From positions 1-64,000 of the forward strand of contig JAAILG010000381.1 of assembly GCA_012026655.1 (NCBI GenBank): a DNA stretch of 64,000 bases. The letters run 5' to 3'. A program made the position numbers and the translations under genes. The notes beneath the pieces are model-generated. The model did not search any database. It was not told the origin of the DNA and saw nothing but the letters and a program-made list of their open reading frames with translations. This DNA comes from Hydrolagus affinis. Taxonomy: Eukaryota. Shown here piece after piece: positions 12,767-26,500 of this stretch. Each line of letters starts with the position of its first letter. Position 1 is the first letter of the stretch.

Positions 12767-13634
12767 TTAATAACATCAACAAGAAGTCTCGGGCGGAGTA
12801 TAAACGCAGCCGCACAGACTAGTTGGGCTGAACGGTCTATTTCTATCCAGCTGTATCTATGAAAAGGGCAACGAAAAAGCTTCGCTAACAAACCACGAAG
12901 GAAGAACTGTATATTGTACAGCTTCAAATTGGTGGATCGTTCAAGGGTATAACACATTCTCGGATTCATTTTGAACCACGGCTTTCATTCTGCTTCTGAT
13001 GGAGATGCGAAGCAAACATCCATCATCTAGCTCTCTGTCTGTGCCTGGTTTATCTTGACCTGTTCTCGCCCTCTGGTGAAATGAATGGGTCCGTGCGACT
13101 GCAACATAAAAAGCTAACTAACAGTCATTAAAATAGGTCCTGGCACTTATGTGTGTACGTAGAAGAGATCTATTGTGTCCTATTGATAAGGAATAGAATT
13201 TCATCAGTGTCCCTGAGACTTATCTGAAATTCGGCGGGTCGAGCACTGAGCTGAAAACTGTGCAGGTTCAGATTCATGGAGGATTGTCCTCACTGAAGGA
13301 CACACGCGTATTGGTGATGTGCCACACTCAGTGTTTTGAGTTAAAAACCCCACCGAGATTTAAATCGAACACACACCTGTGTACTTGCTGGAGAGTATAT
13401 CCGGGAGTGTGGGTACACTGCGTAGGAATGCTTTTCTGAATTCATTTATATTGGAAAAATAACATGTATCACCCTCCGAAGCCATATCATGTTTAGTCTG
13501 TAGCTGACATTATGCTATGATGCAAGTGGTGATCGCTGTCACAAAGACTTGGTATTTAAAGGGGTGTCATCAGACATTTTTTAAACATCAGTAATAATAT
13601 CCCACGCCTCACACTACAACAATAATAATATTAT

Positions 13635-13946
13635 TGATCCTTGCGTTTGATGTAGCGCTTTATCTTTCAGACGTCTCAAGGCGCTTCGCAGAATATACTG
13701 TGAAGTGAATTGACCGTATATTTGTGGGAGAAACGCGGCAGCCAATCGCACACAGCAGCGTCTCCCATAAACAGTTGTGGATTGAAGTAAACCAATTTTT
13801 TTTGAGGCGGGGAGGGATTACTATCAGGCGTGCCTGTGGGTAGAGTAAGGAAACTTGCCCAAGGTTGTGCTTTGACCTGCCTGGAATCGAACCCAGGTCT
13901 CTCGCTTGCAAGGTGAGTGCTCTAACCGCTGAGCTACAGGACTCCA
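13635..13946 (-). mobile_element. tRNA-derived SINE
   Basis: Family body and tRNA-like head ..gctctaaccgctgagctacaggactcca. Confidence 0.85.
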
Positions 13947-14159
13947 CAATGCCTGAATTTTCGCCCATTTCCACAAATGTTAATGTTTCAAGTTAAAACT
14001 CCAAATCCCATGTGGCAGTAGAATATGACATTGTTGGTCTGCGAAAGTCCATGGTACCTCAGGTATACGATTGTCTCCTCGTGACTGCTTCAGGAACATC
14101 CCATGCCTCAAAACACCCCATTAAATATCTTTCTATAATCTTTGCTCAAAATAGCCACG

Positions 14160-14430
14160 CGATTTGGTTACGCTCACACCTCTGAGCCAGGAGGCTGTGG
14201 GTTTTTTCAGCCCCTTGTTGGGCGCTCACAGTCTAAGCTGACACTTAAGATATTAGATATTAGATAAGATATTAAACTGAGCTTCCATCAGTCCCCAAAG
14301 GTGGGTGTTAAAGATTCCATGGCACTATTCAAAATGAGGAGGGCCTTTCTCCCAGTGTCCAGATAAAAAAAGAGTACTTCATAAATGTTTATGGGATACT
14401 TCTGTGCATAAAATCTCTGTTGCATTTGCT
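14160..14430 (+). mobile_element. Ancient Deu-domain-type SINE remnant (related copies ~6060-6260 -, ~39340-39500 -, ~46200-46330 +, ~49795-49980 -)
   Basis: ttaaagattccatggcactattc..tctcccagtgtcc core resembles the conserved Deu domain of the AmnSINE1/SacSINE1/SINE3 group (recognised from memory). Confidence 0.6.
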
Positions 14431-14761
14431 ATAAGTACACTATGCAAAGAAATACTGTATTTGCCCATATAATACACAGTCACTGCTAGCAAAGAATGTA
14501 AGAATAATCCTTTCCCCCTATTAATTGCCCAATCCCCGAACTCCATAGTAAACCCTTTTTGAGACGCTTTAAGACGTTTTGATGGAAGCCGCTACATCAA
14601 ACCGAAGATCATTGTATTATTTAACACCGCATCACCGGAACTGGGGACACATCTCAAATTGTTTCCCAGAATTGCAGTGTTCATAAACAAAATGTCATTC
14701 TCGTTATATCATCATCAACTTCTGAGCTGAAGCGTTTAATTGTGGAGGGAGTGGTGGTGTG

Positions 14762-15080
14762 TGGGGGCGTGGGGGGGGGGGGGGCGTGGGGGCAAACTTC
14801 CGGGTGGGTGAGAAATGAAGGTGAAGTTACACAACTGGTTCTTTCCAACGAGTTGTACAATGACATGAGGAGGAGTGCCCAGGCTGGTTTGCAGTTGTGC
14901 TCACTCCTTTGTTGGATAATCTCAGTGACATAAAGCGGTTGCTATGAGGATATACCGCAGAGGGACCCAGATTCCGCATACTGTATTACCTGCCAAATAG
15001 GGTACGGCCAAACACATGACCCACACAAACAGAACAAGTGGGTGATAACCCCTTCACTGCCAAACTCTTGACTTCACAGA
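14762..15080 (+). promoter_or_regulatory. Inverted copy of the 41.3-41.5 kb element, 5' of TTLL10-B, preceded by GC boxes
   Basis: 14794-15018 is the reverse complement of 41303-41527 with ~4 mismatches. Two GGGGCGTGG boxes at 14762-14792, ACTTCCGG at 14796-14803, GTTGCTATG at 14938-14946. Confidence 0.6.
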
Positions 15081-17114
15081 ATTCTATGAATGTTCGGGTG
15101 GGGGGTGGGGGGTCTCCGCCATTTGTCTAACACACGCACGGAAAATCACCTCCTTACTTAAGAATGTCTCCTGACGGCCTCGCAAAGGTGGCCATGGCTT
15201 GCCCATCGTTGCTCTTGGCTGACACTCCGATGCAATGCTGGAGGGTGTGAAGAACGATTGGAGATGGACAGTGAAGAGCCCCGGCACTTTTGTTTGTCGG
15301 CAAAACGCTCAGTTATTGTATATCCTTGGGACGTGGAAAGCGCTCTGCGAATGTAATTTTGTTATCGCTGTTGTAACCTGCAGAAAGTGCTCTGACGTGT
15401 CCTGATGTGAAAAGAGCTATCTTCAAATGCAAGAGTGCGAGAGCCGGGGGGAGCTTTGACAAGCACGATACCGAGATTGCAATAAGGAGGGAGTTCGATT
15501 GAGGGGAAAAGCAGATCAATAATCGCGGGAATCAATATCGCGACATCCATTCTCCACGGCTTGAATATCCACGTTCAAAGCATGTGATTCAGACATATAG
15601 TCTGTAAAAACAAATTATATATTTTCCACTTAAACCAGATTGATTTTTTTTTAAAAAAATACAAGAACCAGAAAGTACAGTGTTGAGTGTAGAGAAGCTG
15701 AATTATTTGTAGATTATGTGTAAAATGGAGACCTTGTGGATTCCTATCAGATAGTGGTTAACCTGTCCGGGTGCGATGCCCTCATCATGGCCAAAGGTCA
15801 AATCTTCCTTTGAAGGACAGTTACTTCTTGAAGTTCATGATCCGCTGGCAATACTAGTGTATTGTGCACAATAGGCAGTAACAGGCTTCCCTGACTTGAT
15901 TCTCTGCCGTTGTTTGAATCTCTATTCTCTGTACTTTGCGGCTCCGTTAAGACTCAGATACGATTACACAGGCTTAACAAGAACTTTAACGTTGTTTATA
16001 GGTGTGATTTATTCGTCAATTGCTCCATTTCTAGTTAGTACACTGTGCCAGATGATTAGGATTACATACACATGCGCTCAATTGTCATAGAAACAACCAT
16101 TCAGCCCAAGTAGTCCCTGCCTTGGTTATACCCCATACATCACAAGATCACGAGAATGATTCAGATGAAGCGAGGCCCTTTAGCCCATCTGATTTCATCC
16201 CTCCAAAACTCCCATCCTACCGTCCACAGTATGGCATCAAGTTGCTTTTTCAACGGCTTCCAGTGTTTTGATGTTAAAGGAGCTATTGTTGGGTTAGTGT
16301 TATTATGACCACAATAGTGTACCCGTTTAAAAGAACAGCTTTACTCTGCAATAGGAGGACGGGTTGGGGAAGTGATTCTGGAAAGGCAAGATCAAAAGAA
16401 CTGAAGGAATTTCTTCATCCCAACCTCTCTCTCTCTCTCTCTCTCGTGATCTTGTGATGAACCCTTTGACGTGGTATTCTTGCCACTAGATGCAAGGTTA
16501 TGGCTTGATGAGTTTTAGGTTTTCTTTCCACCACTGCCTGCCATCTTTGAAAGCAAATCGCATCGCAAAACCAACACAAAACCCGTGGCCATCAATCAAA
16601 TGAACTTCATAAGGTCTGACTTCATACAGCATTGTTTACATTTGCTACAACGATGTTAATCTTAATTTTGACCCTGAAACCAATGGCTCCTTTGATTAAC
16701 AGCTGCAGTATTTTTTCTTCACATGGCTTTGACATCGAATTTTAAATAAGGTTCTTAACTCTTAATTCAGTCGTTCCACATATTAACCAGAGGTCGTGGT
16801 GGGTCGGATGGAATGACACACACACACGCGCGCGAAAATGAAGTGCTGTTAACATACACTGTTGTATTCTGTACAGTGTTTGTGCCAATGGTTCAGGCTC
16901 CAGACACTGGTGTCTGAGTCGCGAGGGGGGAACTTGCGTTTTTGTAGCACTTCACCATGTTTGAAACATCTCAAAACGTTTTCACACAGTAATGACAATT
17001 GCAGCAGCCAATTCACTTCTCTTTTTGAATCGTGCCGCGAGATCTCCACTTGAACCAGCAGACGAAATCTCAGTGTAACCTCTCACCCAAAAGGACGTCA
17101 CCTCTAAGAGTGCA

Positions 17115-17155
17115 AACAAACAAACAAACAACAACAACAACAACAACAACAACAA
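17115..17155. repeat. (CAAA)n(CAA)n microsatellite (LINE/SINE tail)
   Basis: Direct reading. Confidence 0.9.
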
Positions 17156-17554
17156 AATGACATTTCTATAGCACCTTTCATGTCGGGAGGACTTCCCAGT
17201 CTTGAGAAACCCATCCCAGCCTAGACAAAAACAGAAATGGCTGGGAACACTCAGCAGGTCAGGCAGCATCTGTGGAGAAAGGAAAAGTGAGTTTCGGGGC
17301 CTAGTGGCTGAAAGCGCTGCTAGGGTTAGGTCTTGAAAGATGTCACCCACAACGATCCAGCTCTATTACCACACTGGAATGTTGGTGGAGATTGGGATTT
17401 TAACTGGTGGGATTTGAACCTATTGTCAGCTGACCCCGAATCTAAAGTATTAACTGACACCAACTGACAAGTTAGCAGATAGTCAAGGGTCAACCCTTAT
17501 TATTTATTGACTGTTACATTATCTGTTCAAGTGCAAATGTCTATCGTGTACACA

Positions 17555-17706
17555 CAGCGGCTTCCAACCTTTGAATAGTGGCTAACTCAGCAACGTTTTC
17601 GTTGCGCTCTCCCTCCTTCACACTCGACTCCGCACACTCGGGTCCTCCACCCCTCCACTGGTGACCGACCCCAAGTGAGGCTCGCCCTACAGTTTGGAAA
17701 CCACTG
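17555..17706. mobile_element. hAT (Charlie/MER5-like) MITE
   Basis: TIRs CAGCGGCTTCCAA / TTGGAAACCACTG; gtgtacac on both flanks (offset by 1 nt on the left). Confidence 0.6.
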
Positions 17707-19187
17707 GTGTACACGTACATAGGATTACAGAAGGTTACAGCATGGAAACGAGCCAATTGGCCCAACTAGATCCTGCTGCTATTTATACTCCACACAAGTC
17801 CCCTCTCTTCCCAATCCCCTCTCCTACACCAATCTATTTCCTTCTTCTTAATCAAGTTTCCTGTTAATTACACTGATGCTTTGAACGCATTTCTACAATT
17901 GTAATGCTATAACACGTAAGTGCTTTGTAAGTTAAAGTTACCATCCTTAGAAAAGTTGTGGCACTTGCCCATTAAATCCCCTCTATCTTGGGAAATGCAG
18001 TATGCTGTGATTTGATAATGGTGACAGATCATATTGTACTCCAAATATATATATATATCTCCATTTCCTGATGCGGGCCAGCATTCGCCCATAAAATATA
18101 CAGTCACTACACTTTGCAGAATATTCTGTGAAGCACTTTGAGACATCTGGAAAGACGTGATAAGGTGCTGTATCAAATGCAAGGATTCTTCTTATTATAT
18201 TCAAATACAGTAGAGGTTATGGGTGCTGTGAGGAAGCCTAATTTGAACAACATTGGTTTGTGGTGGAATTTTAACACCAAACGTATGAAGAAAAGACTGT
18301 CATTGATTTGGGAAAGTTGAGTCCATTTCAATGGCTTGGTCTCTCACTCTCAGTGGATGTGTTCCATCCAGAAAGATTGATGGGATTGTTGCCCTGTGTC
18401 AAGTAAGTCACAAAGAGCTGCACCGAGCTTTCAGTAGTAAAATCCATATTATTCCCCAGTAACTGAGAATAAAAGTTGAATTACATCCAAAAATTCTGCT
18501 GTGAAGACAGACTTCAGGCTATGAAATGACAGTGGCACCCCAAATTTAACGGATCCTCCAGCATGGAAATTACACAAAGGAATCCTGTCTTACTAGCTAT
18601 CCTGATATTTTGTCTGCGTTGGATTCGAATTCCAAAAATTCCAATTACCTTTCCATAATCCTTGCATTTGATACAGAGCCTTTTCATGTCGTCGAGACAT
18701 CTCCCAGCGCGTCACAGGATTACACTGGTAAAGTGTGGTGACTGTATATTATTTGTGGGCAAAATGCGTTCCATGGTTTCCCCCCACTCCCTTACCCCCC
18801 CCCCACCCCCTACCCCCCCACCGCTCTTAATCCAAACCCCAGCTCGGGTGCAAACTCTCAACTCTCCAGCACTTTGGGGCATCCAAAAAGGCGCTGTACA
18901 GTTGATTGCGACTTGTTGCTGCTGTCGTGGTTTCGTTCACACATAGTCTTTTCTCATAAGATACGTACGTCGCGTAAAAGCTGGCAAGTGCTATTGAATT
19001 TATAACTACAGTACAAAACGCTATCTACATAACAGCAAAGATTGCCTTTTCTGTGGTTCTGCCAACTGGCTGCTGCGCTTTGTGGGACTCTTTAAAAAAC
19101 AAAAGGGAACAATGCACCATAGCAACGGTTACTCAATGAGCCATAACACACTACGGGGCGATCTCTCTCTCTATCTTTCTCTGTGAC

Positions 19188-19258
19188 ACCTCCCCACCCC
19201 ACCCACCCACCCCCCACCCCCCCCCCTCCCCCACCCCCACCCCTCCCCACCCCCTCCA
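19188..19258. repeat. C-rich low-complexity tract (G-quadruplex-capable on the minus strand)
   Basis: Many runs of 3 or more C. Confidence 0.8.
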
Positions 19259-20509
19259 ACATTCGGACAATTTTGACTTTTCATGCCACTACAAATCTAA
19301 CCTGCTGAGTGTTAACCTCAGTCCGCAACAGAATCAACAGGCCCCGATCTCCAGTATGGTTGCCTAACTAACCCTTAGCTCAGTTGGTAACACTCTCTCT
19401 CTCTCTGGATGGTAATACATCATTGTGAGTGTGAGTGTGTGTCCCCCCACCCCACCCCACCCGGGCACCAGGACTTGAACGCTTAATTTAGGCTGAGGCA
19501 CCAGCGTGTGGCATTGAGGGACAGACACGCTGCAGAGTTGGTGGCATCTCTTCACCGGTTCAGAAAGAAACAACAACAACTTGCGCTTACATTGCGCCCT
19601 CCCTCCCCGCAAAGGGTAGCGTCTCAGAGCGCTTTAAACACTGAACCAAGGACGCTGACAATCTCGGCGGTCTCATGGCACTTCATGGAAGAAAAGCCGT
19701 ACGTTTTCCCGGTGAGCTGGCTAATACTCTTCCATCGCTAAAAAGATTTGTTGGTCATTTGTTTTATTACTGTTTGTGGCGAGTTTCCAGCCCAGATATA
19801 ATATGTTGCTGCAAGCCGGGCATTGTACTTGTTATAAACCTATTGTGACCCGCTTTGTTTGAAACAGGGACATGATAAGGTATCACATCAAATGCAAGTA
19901 TTATTATTGGTGATTAGTGTACAGGATGGGTCTGCTGTATTAAATTAAAATTCTTAGTCTTAGTGAGTTACACTTATATACAGTCGTCGCATTGGGAGAA
20001 TGGCTTTCGCATTGGGAGAATTCTCAAAGTGCTTTACAAAGACTGAGCAGGACCCTCCAGGCTGGGAGGGAGCTGGAGGGGCGGTGGGAGTGGTGGTGGG
20101 TGGGGGGGGGGGGGTGGGAATGTAATCAAATGATTTGAAAGCATAGAGGGACAGGGGAAAAGTGCAGGAATTTCCGGAGAGAATTTCCTTCAAAGGGAAA
20201 GGGCGGTGATGGGGTGGTATAACAATGCCTTTCATGTCGGATAGAGGCACATGAAAAATGAGGGACACACTCAACATCTAATTCCGTGATGTGAATGTAC
20301 AACGTGATCGGATAAAGACATCGCCTACTCGAAGGCCAAATACTGCAAGGCCAAAAAAACCCACCAGTTTTTGTGTTGCTGTGTTGTGGCACTATGACAT
20401 CATGTAAACTGCTTGATTGGAGAGATGCCTTTGAAGCCAGGTCTTTGTGACAGCAAATTAATGTCATGTGTGCTAGCACAATGTCGGGACTGGGCTACAT
20501 ACACATGAT

Positions 20510-23500
20510 ATGGCTTCAGACGACGATGGTTATTTTTCCAATATAAACGAGTTCCAAAACAATTTCCTATGCAGTATTTCACCAATCCCGGCAGTTTCCT
20601 CTCACAGGTTCTCAGGTGAGTGATTCGACTCAGTTCCAAGGGTTGGAATCCTTTTGGCAGGACCCCACGTGTTTAGAGAAACACACGTGTCTCTCTCTCT
20701 CTCTCTCTCTCTCAGTGAGAGAGAACAATAAAGTGAATCTGAAACTGTAAGAAGTTCAGTCATTTGGCAGAAGATATCAGAGATTCATCCATTCTGATCA
20801 AACAGGCCTTATACTGTACTAAGATAATATTAATCTTTGCATTTGATAGAGCGCTTTTTCATGTCTTCAAGACGTCTCAAAGCCCTTCACGGAATACACT
20901 GTAAAGTGAATTGACTGTATATATTTGTGGGCGAAATGCGGCAGCCAATCGTGCCCAGCGGCGTCCCCCACAAACAGTCGTGGATTGAGGTGACCATAAA
21001 GTGTGTTTTTTTGGGTTAAAAAGTGTCCTTTTAACAAAAGACTGTTCAATCTTCTGTTTAAAAGTGAGCCCAATGTGACAGATATCTTCTCATGTTATAA
21101 AATGTGGGATAATGTTGATAACGCAAATAACTTCCGACTTAAAAACAGATCGAACAGGGAACAATGTCAAACTAAAGGATTCCAGGCGAAAGAGAACGGA
21201 TGATCGGCGAGACAAGGGGCTTTTTTTCTACGTTGAAAGCTCAAACGAGGCTGACTTGTACGTACAAACGTAAAGCTTTCTGTGGTAATAAGTTGCTAAA
21301 ATGTTGCTCGTGACGTCCTTCAATAAAAGATGGTTTGAGACATTCGAAAATGTACCATGAGCAAATCAGAAGTTATTGTGTCATTTCAGGTTTGTATCTG
21401 AGATTCACGACGAAACTTTTAAACGTCGCACGTTACGACTCTTGCGTGCCACGTTCTGCCCACAAAGTACACTTTAATATCCACGTTATATTAATATTAA
21501 TCCTTGCATCTGACAAGCGCTTTTCACGTCTCCCAGATGTCTCAAACCGCTTTACAGAACATACTGTGTATATGTGGGCGAAACACGGCAACCGTTTGTG
21601 CAATTGTGGATTGAAATGACTAAAAAAAAATTGGGGGATTATTATTAGGCGTGTGGAGTAAGGAAAATTGCCCAAGGTGTCGCACCTGACCTGGAATTGA
21701 ATTTAGGTCTCTCGCTTGTAACGCAAGTGCTCTAACCACTGAGCTACTGGACTCCACAAATTGCAAAACGCTTCAAACAATTCAACCATTCACACCAAAA
21801 CTTCATTCCATCGGCCACAACACAAGATCTTATACTTTACAATATATTCTGTCATTTGAGATGTCTTAAGCGAAGCAATAAGGTGCTATATCAAATTAAA
21901 GGTTTAATATTCTTCTTATTATTATCATCATCATTTTGGAAGCCTACCAAATATTGTCACAAACCAACAGACTTATTGTCTCTCTGTTTGAGCTCGTTTA
22001 GGGCAACAAAAAGGATTGAAAGCAGAACTCTGATCACCTGCGGGACTTCCATGTGATATTACGTGAACTCTATGTAACATTATATGAACTGTATTCACTC
22101 AATAGATTTATTGTTCTCGCGTCAAAATATTAAATAACGATGTAAGAAGACAAGTTGCACACAGTAGGGATGGAGCTTCAATTTTTATAATCTGGTTGAT
22201 ACGCATTATTATATATGGAGCTTAAAAGCCCTTATCAGTTAAAGTAACATGTTGAAATATCACATTATTTCTTTTTTTGAATACAGAATTTACAACTACT
22301 GTGTGAACAGGGAATGGAAGCGAATCATAGACAATATCAGACTGAACTACATATTAAAAGGTAAAACAGAAATAACTCCATTCCGCACTGTTAATGTGTT
22401 TCTGCACTACATTGGATTCAACACTTACCTCTTTGACTGCACCCACTCCCTAACCTCTCCAGCTGCTAACTAGCCCCCACCCTGGCTCGGGCATCCACTC
22501 TGAGACAAAGCTCTCTGAGATACCCTCCTGACGCCCAAGATATTATATAAATGTAAATTAAATAATATAAATGTAAAGATATATAAATGTCAATTGTAAA
22601 GCAATGTGGATATTGCTGCCTTGATGTTTGTGACTTTCTTAAATCCAATTTGTTGATCTTTTTGATGGAAGCTATCAAACTAGCAGAGTGAGGATGAAAG
22701 ACTTTCTGCACTTTATTTCTCTGGCTTCTGTCTTTGAACAGGTAAGCAGACTTTATACCATATTCCTAACAACAGGTTCCTGACCACCAAAGTTGGCCTC
22801 TGCACTTCGCTCAAGGATCAAGAGCGGAGAAGCAACAGATACATAAAGTTCAGATGTTCCACGTAAGGACACTTGTACAGTATTATGTTTAGACTGTGAT
22901 ATAGACTATATGCCACTACCCTTAATTGACATACCAGCCATTGGTTACACCTGAACTAAGCAGTTGCCAAATGTGCTGCTACAGTTACCAAATGTGCTGT
23001 GACTTCCAAACGGGAAGGGAATCAATCTTCTTATTCGCGGAAACCAAACAGATCGAGGAGAAATAACAGTTCGAGAAGAGATGAGAGACCCCAAAATTTT
23101 CTCATGGTCTCTTAATGACTCAATGTTGAAGATGACGTGAATTTTTAGAAGCAAAAGAAAACATTTCTGCTTCTCTCCACCAGGCTGCTGAAACTGGATG
23201 AATTCTATCCTGAGACGTACCGCATGGATGTGGCGAAAGAGCGGTTAACTTTCTTTGAGGTCTTCAAAGGTATTTATTCTCTTCCTTTTGTCTGTCATCA
23301 AAGGCCAGTTTGTGGTATGATTGAAATCTAGACTTGTTAGTGTCAATCCGGGTGTTGTTAGACGCAAAGTAACGGATTGTTAACAACCGTGTAGGATGCG
23401 TGGTTGATGATATCTTTATGAAACAATGGGGGCGAAAGTGTTGATAAGCAACGCTCTTGTTAACAGCTCCACCATCTAAACTGTATTTCATTATCATAAA

Positions 23501-26500
23501 TCATAACCCTTACCTTTGAGAACATCCTGTGAATCGCTTTGAGGCGTCTCAAGATGTTGTAGTTATTGTCTTAACCCGATAAGGCGCTATATCAAACGCA
23601 AGGATTGTTCTAATTAGTATTATTATAAACACCGATGAGAGTATTACCTCATCGCCCATTCCTGACTGTGGCTCCCTGTGCTTGTCTCTAACGTAGACGG
23701 ACAGATTTGGATTTGCAAACCCGCCGAATCGAGCTTGGGCCGAGGGATCTTTCTTCTGCGGAATCGCAATGATGTCGCCGCCTTCCGCAGTAAACTGGAG
23801 AGCGTGGAAAAAATTCCTCAACACAGACTGTGCTTCTACAATGCGCCCATTCACAGAATAGTACAGAGGTACGTGGAAAGAACCGAAACAGAAATTAAAT
23901 TGCTGATTATGTACAGCAACAGGACTGGAGGGATACCAGGGAAGGACTGACGCGTCGTGAGTCAAAGCTCTGGCAACATGTCGCAGCTGGACATAATATC
24001 AAGATGATCATCCTTGTATCATTTGACACAGAGCCTTATCACGTTGTTGAGACGTCTCAAAGCACTTTACAGAATACACTGTAAAGTGAATTGCCTGAGT
24101 GTTTTCTTGGCGAAACAGGCAGAAAATTAGAAACGTATGGTCTGTCCAGCGCCACGGACAGATCCAGAGGAGTAAAAAATGTCCCTGACTGTGTCTCCCA
24201 ATGTACACTTGCAGTTTTATTAAAATGTCCTTTTTCCTCAAAAAGGTACATTCACAACCCTCTGCTACTGGATGGTAGAAAGTTTGACGTCCGCTCCTAC
24301 TTCCTGATTGCCTGCACCTCACCCCATGTGACCTTCTTTCACCACGGTTATGTCAAGGTGACGTGTAACCAATATCACCCAAATTCGGATGATCTGACAG
24401 GCCACTTAACCAACCAGGTAGGCTGAATATTAAACCATCGGTCACTCGCTTCAAGGCTATATTAAAATCCCGCGAAGCGCTTTGAGACATCCCAATGACA
24501 CTGTAAAATGCAAGGATTACAGTATTATTATAATACTAATAATCCTTGCATTTGATATAGAGCTTTTCACGTCTTCTAGACGTCCCAAAGCGTTTCACAG
24601 AAAACACTGTAAAGTGAATTGACTGCACGTTTGTGGGCGAAACGCGGCAGCCAATTGCGCACAGCAGTGTCCCACAAACAGTCGTGGAATGAAAGGACCA
24701 TTTTATTATTTTTTTTGTTGGAGGGATTATTATTAGGCGCACGTGTGGAGTAAGGAAACTTGCCCAAGGTTTCGCCCTGACCTGCCTGGATTCGAACACA
24801 GGTCTCACGCTTGTAAGAGCTCCACAACAACTCCCAAACCAAATGAGTCATTCAATCCATAGCTTATAATTGGTAACAAGTAAAAGTGTAAAGTTGAGGG
24901 TTTGGACCACATCAAGGCCATCTATAAAGGAAGGAATGGATGATAACGAGGTCAGGGAGATAGATGTGCGCCTGTGTTGGCCAGTGTGTAAATCCAGCTG
25001 GTGTACTGGTGTGGGCAGGTGCTCATTAGCTGTGTAACCTGCGTGAGGGGATAAAAATACGCAGCTCAGCAGATGTTGCCGATGTTTTTCTCAATCCCAT
25101 GTGTTTCATCCATCTCTGGTGTGTATAAGCCAAATCTACCTGCATTTTAACCCCTTCGCAGCACAGAAGTCTTGTTTTTCCATCGTCATTCCCCGAACGT
25201 ACGGCCGAAAGAACAAACTTATTTTCACAGCACCTTTATTGTGCTAAATTGGATCCCAAGCGGTCTTCTACGGGTGAATGTCACTGTCGAGCGTAGTGAC
25301 TGCTTTGTAAGGAAACAAAGCAGCCGTTTGCAGCAACAAGCAACAACAAACTTACACTGATAGAGTGAGCGCCTTTCACGTCGGGAGGACGTCCCAAGGC
25401 GCTGAATTTTGCAGATTTTTTTGGCCAAGATATATAGAGAAAAACTCCCTTTCAACAAGTGTCTGCAGCATCATCTTATCAAATGCCTTTTGAAAATACA
25501 TATTCACAAGACGACGGCGTTTGGTTTCCAACAATAAACCAAATGCATATGATGTAATGCCTTTATATTACAAAAACATCTAAAAGCACTTCACAGCTAA
25601 TTGCTAAATACTCCTCCTTCTGACTCACAAAGCTTCTGACTAGCTTTTAAATGTTCAATTTTTCACAGATGTCTGCAATGTCTAAAATATACCACCTGCT
25701 GCCCCCTTCCCTCTCTCTTTTCCTGGGAAGCATATTTTTAATCCACTAATTGCAGCCTTGTGTCTTTTCTCCCTCAGTTCGTGCAGAAAAAGAACCCAAA
25801 TTACAATGAGGTGATGGAGGAAACAATCTGGTCCATGGAGCGGTTAAATAACTACATTAATGACAGGTTTAGGATAGCAAAGGCTCTCCCGAAGGACTGG
25901 GTCTTCACTATGTTTGAGGTAAGGGAGTGATCCTGCTTTTCACACTGGCTCCAATTGACACAAGGGTCTTCTCAGGGCTTTTACTAAAGTAATCCTTGCA
26001 TTTGATCTAGCGCTTTTCACATCTTCTAGATGTCTCAAAGCGCTTCACGGCATATACTGTAAAGTGAATTGACTGTATATTTGTGGGCGAAACGCGGCAG
26101 CCAATTGCGCACAGCAGCGTCCCCACAAACAGTTGTGGATTGAAACGGCCAATTTTTTTGGGAGGGATTATTATTGGGTGTGAGGAGTAAGGAAACTTGC
26201 CCAAGGTTTTGTCTTGCCGTGAATTGAACCCAGGTCTCTCTCGCTTGCGAGGTGAGTGCTCTAACCACTGATTTACAGGACTCCAGGAATCATACTACCA
26301 GTGGAGCTCCTGTGGCTCAGTGGTTAGAACACTTGTCTTGCAAGCTGGGGAGACCAAGCTGGGGAGACCTGTGTTCGAATCCAGGCAGGTCAGGGCGAAA
26401 CCTTGGGCAAGTTTCCTTACTCCACACGCCTAATAATAATCCCTACAAAAAAACCACAATAATAAAATTGGTCATTTCAATCCACGACTGTGTGTGGGAC

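Noticed and set aside
15080-20500. Remnants of NlpC/P60 exons between the duplicated promoter and TTLL10-B
   Set aside because: None recognisable by eye; a sensitive TBLASTN/LASTZ search would be needed.
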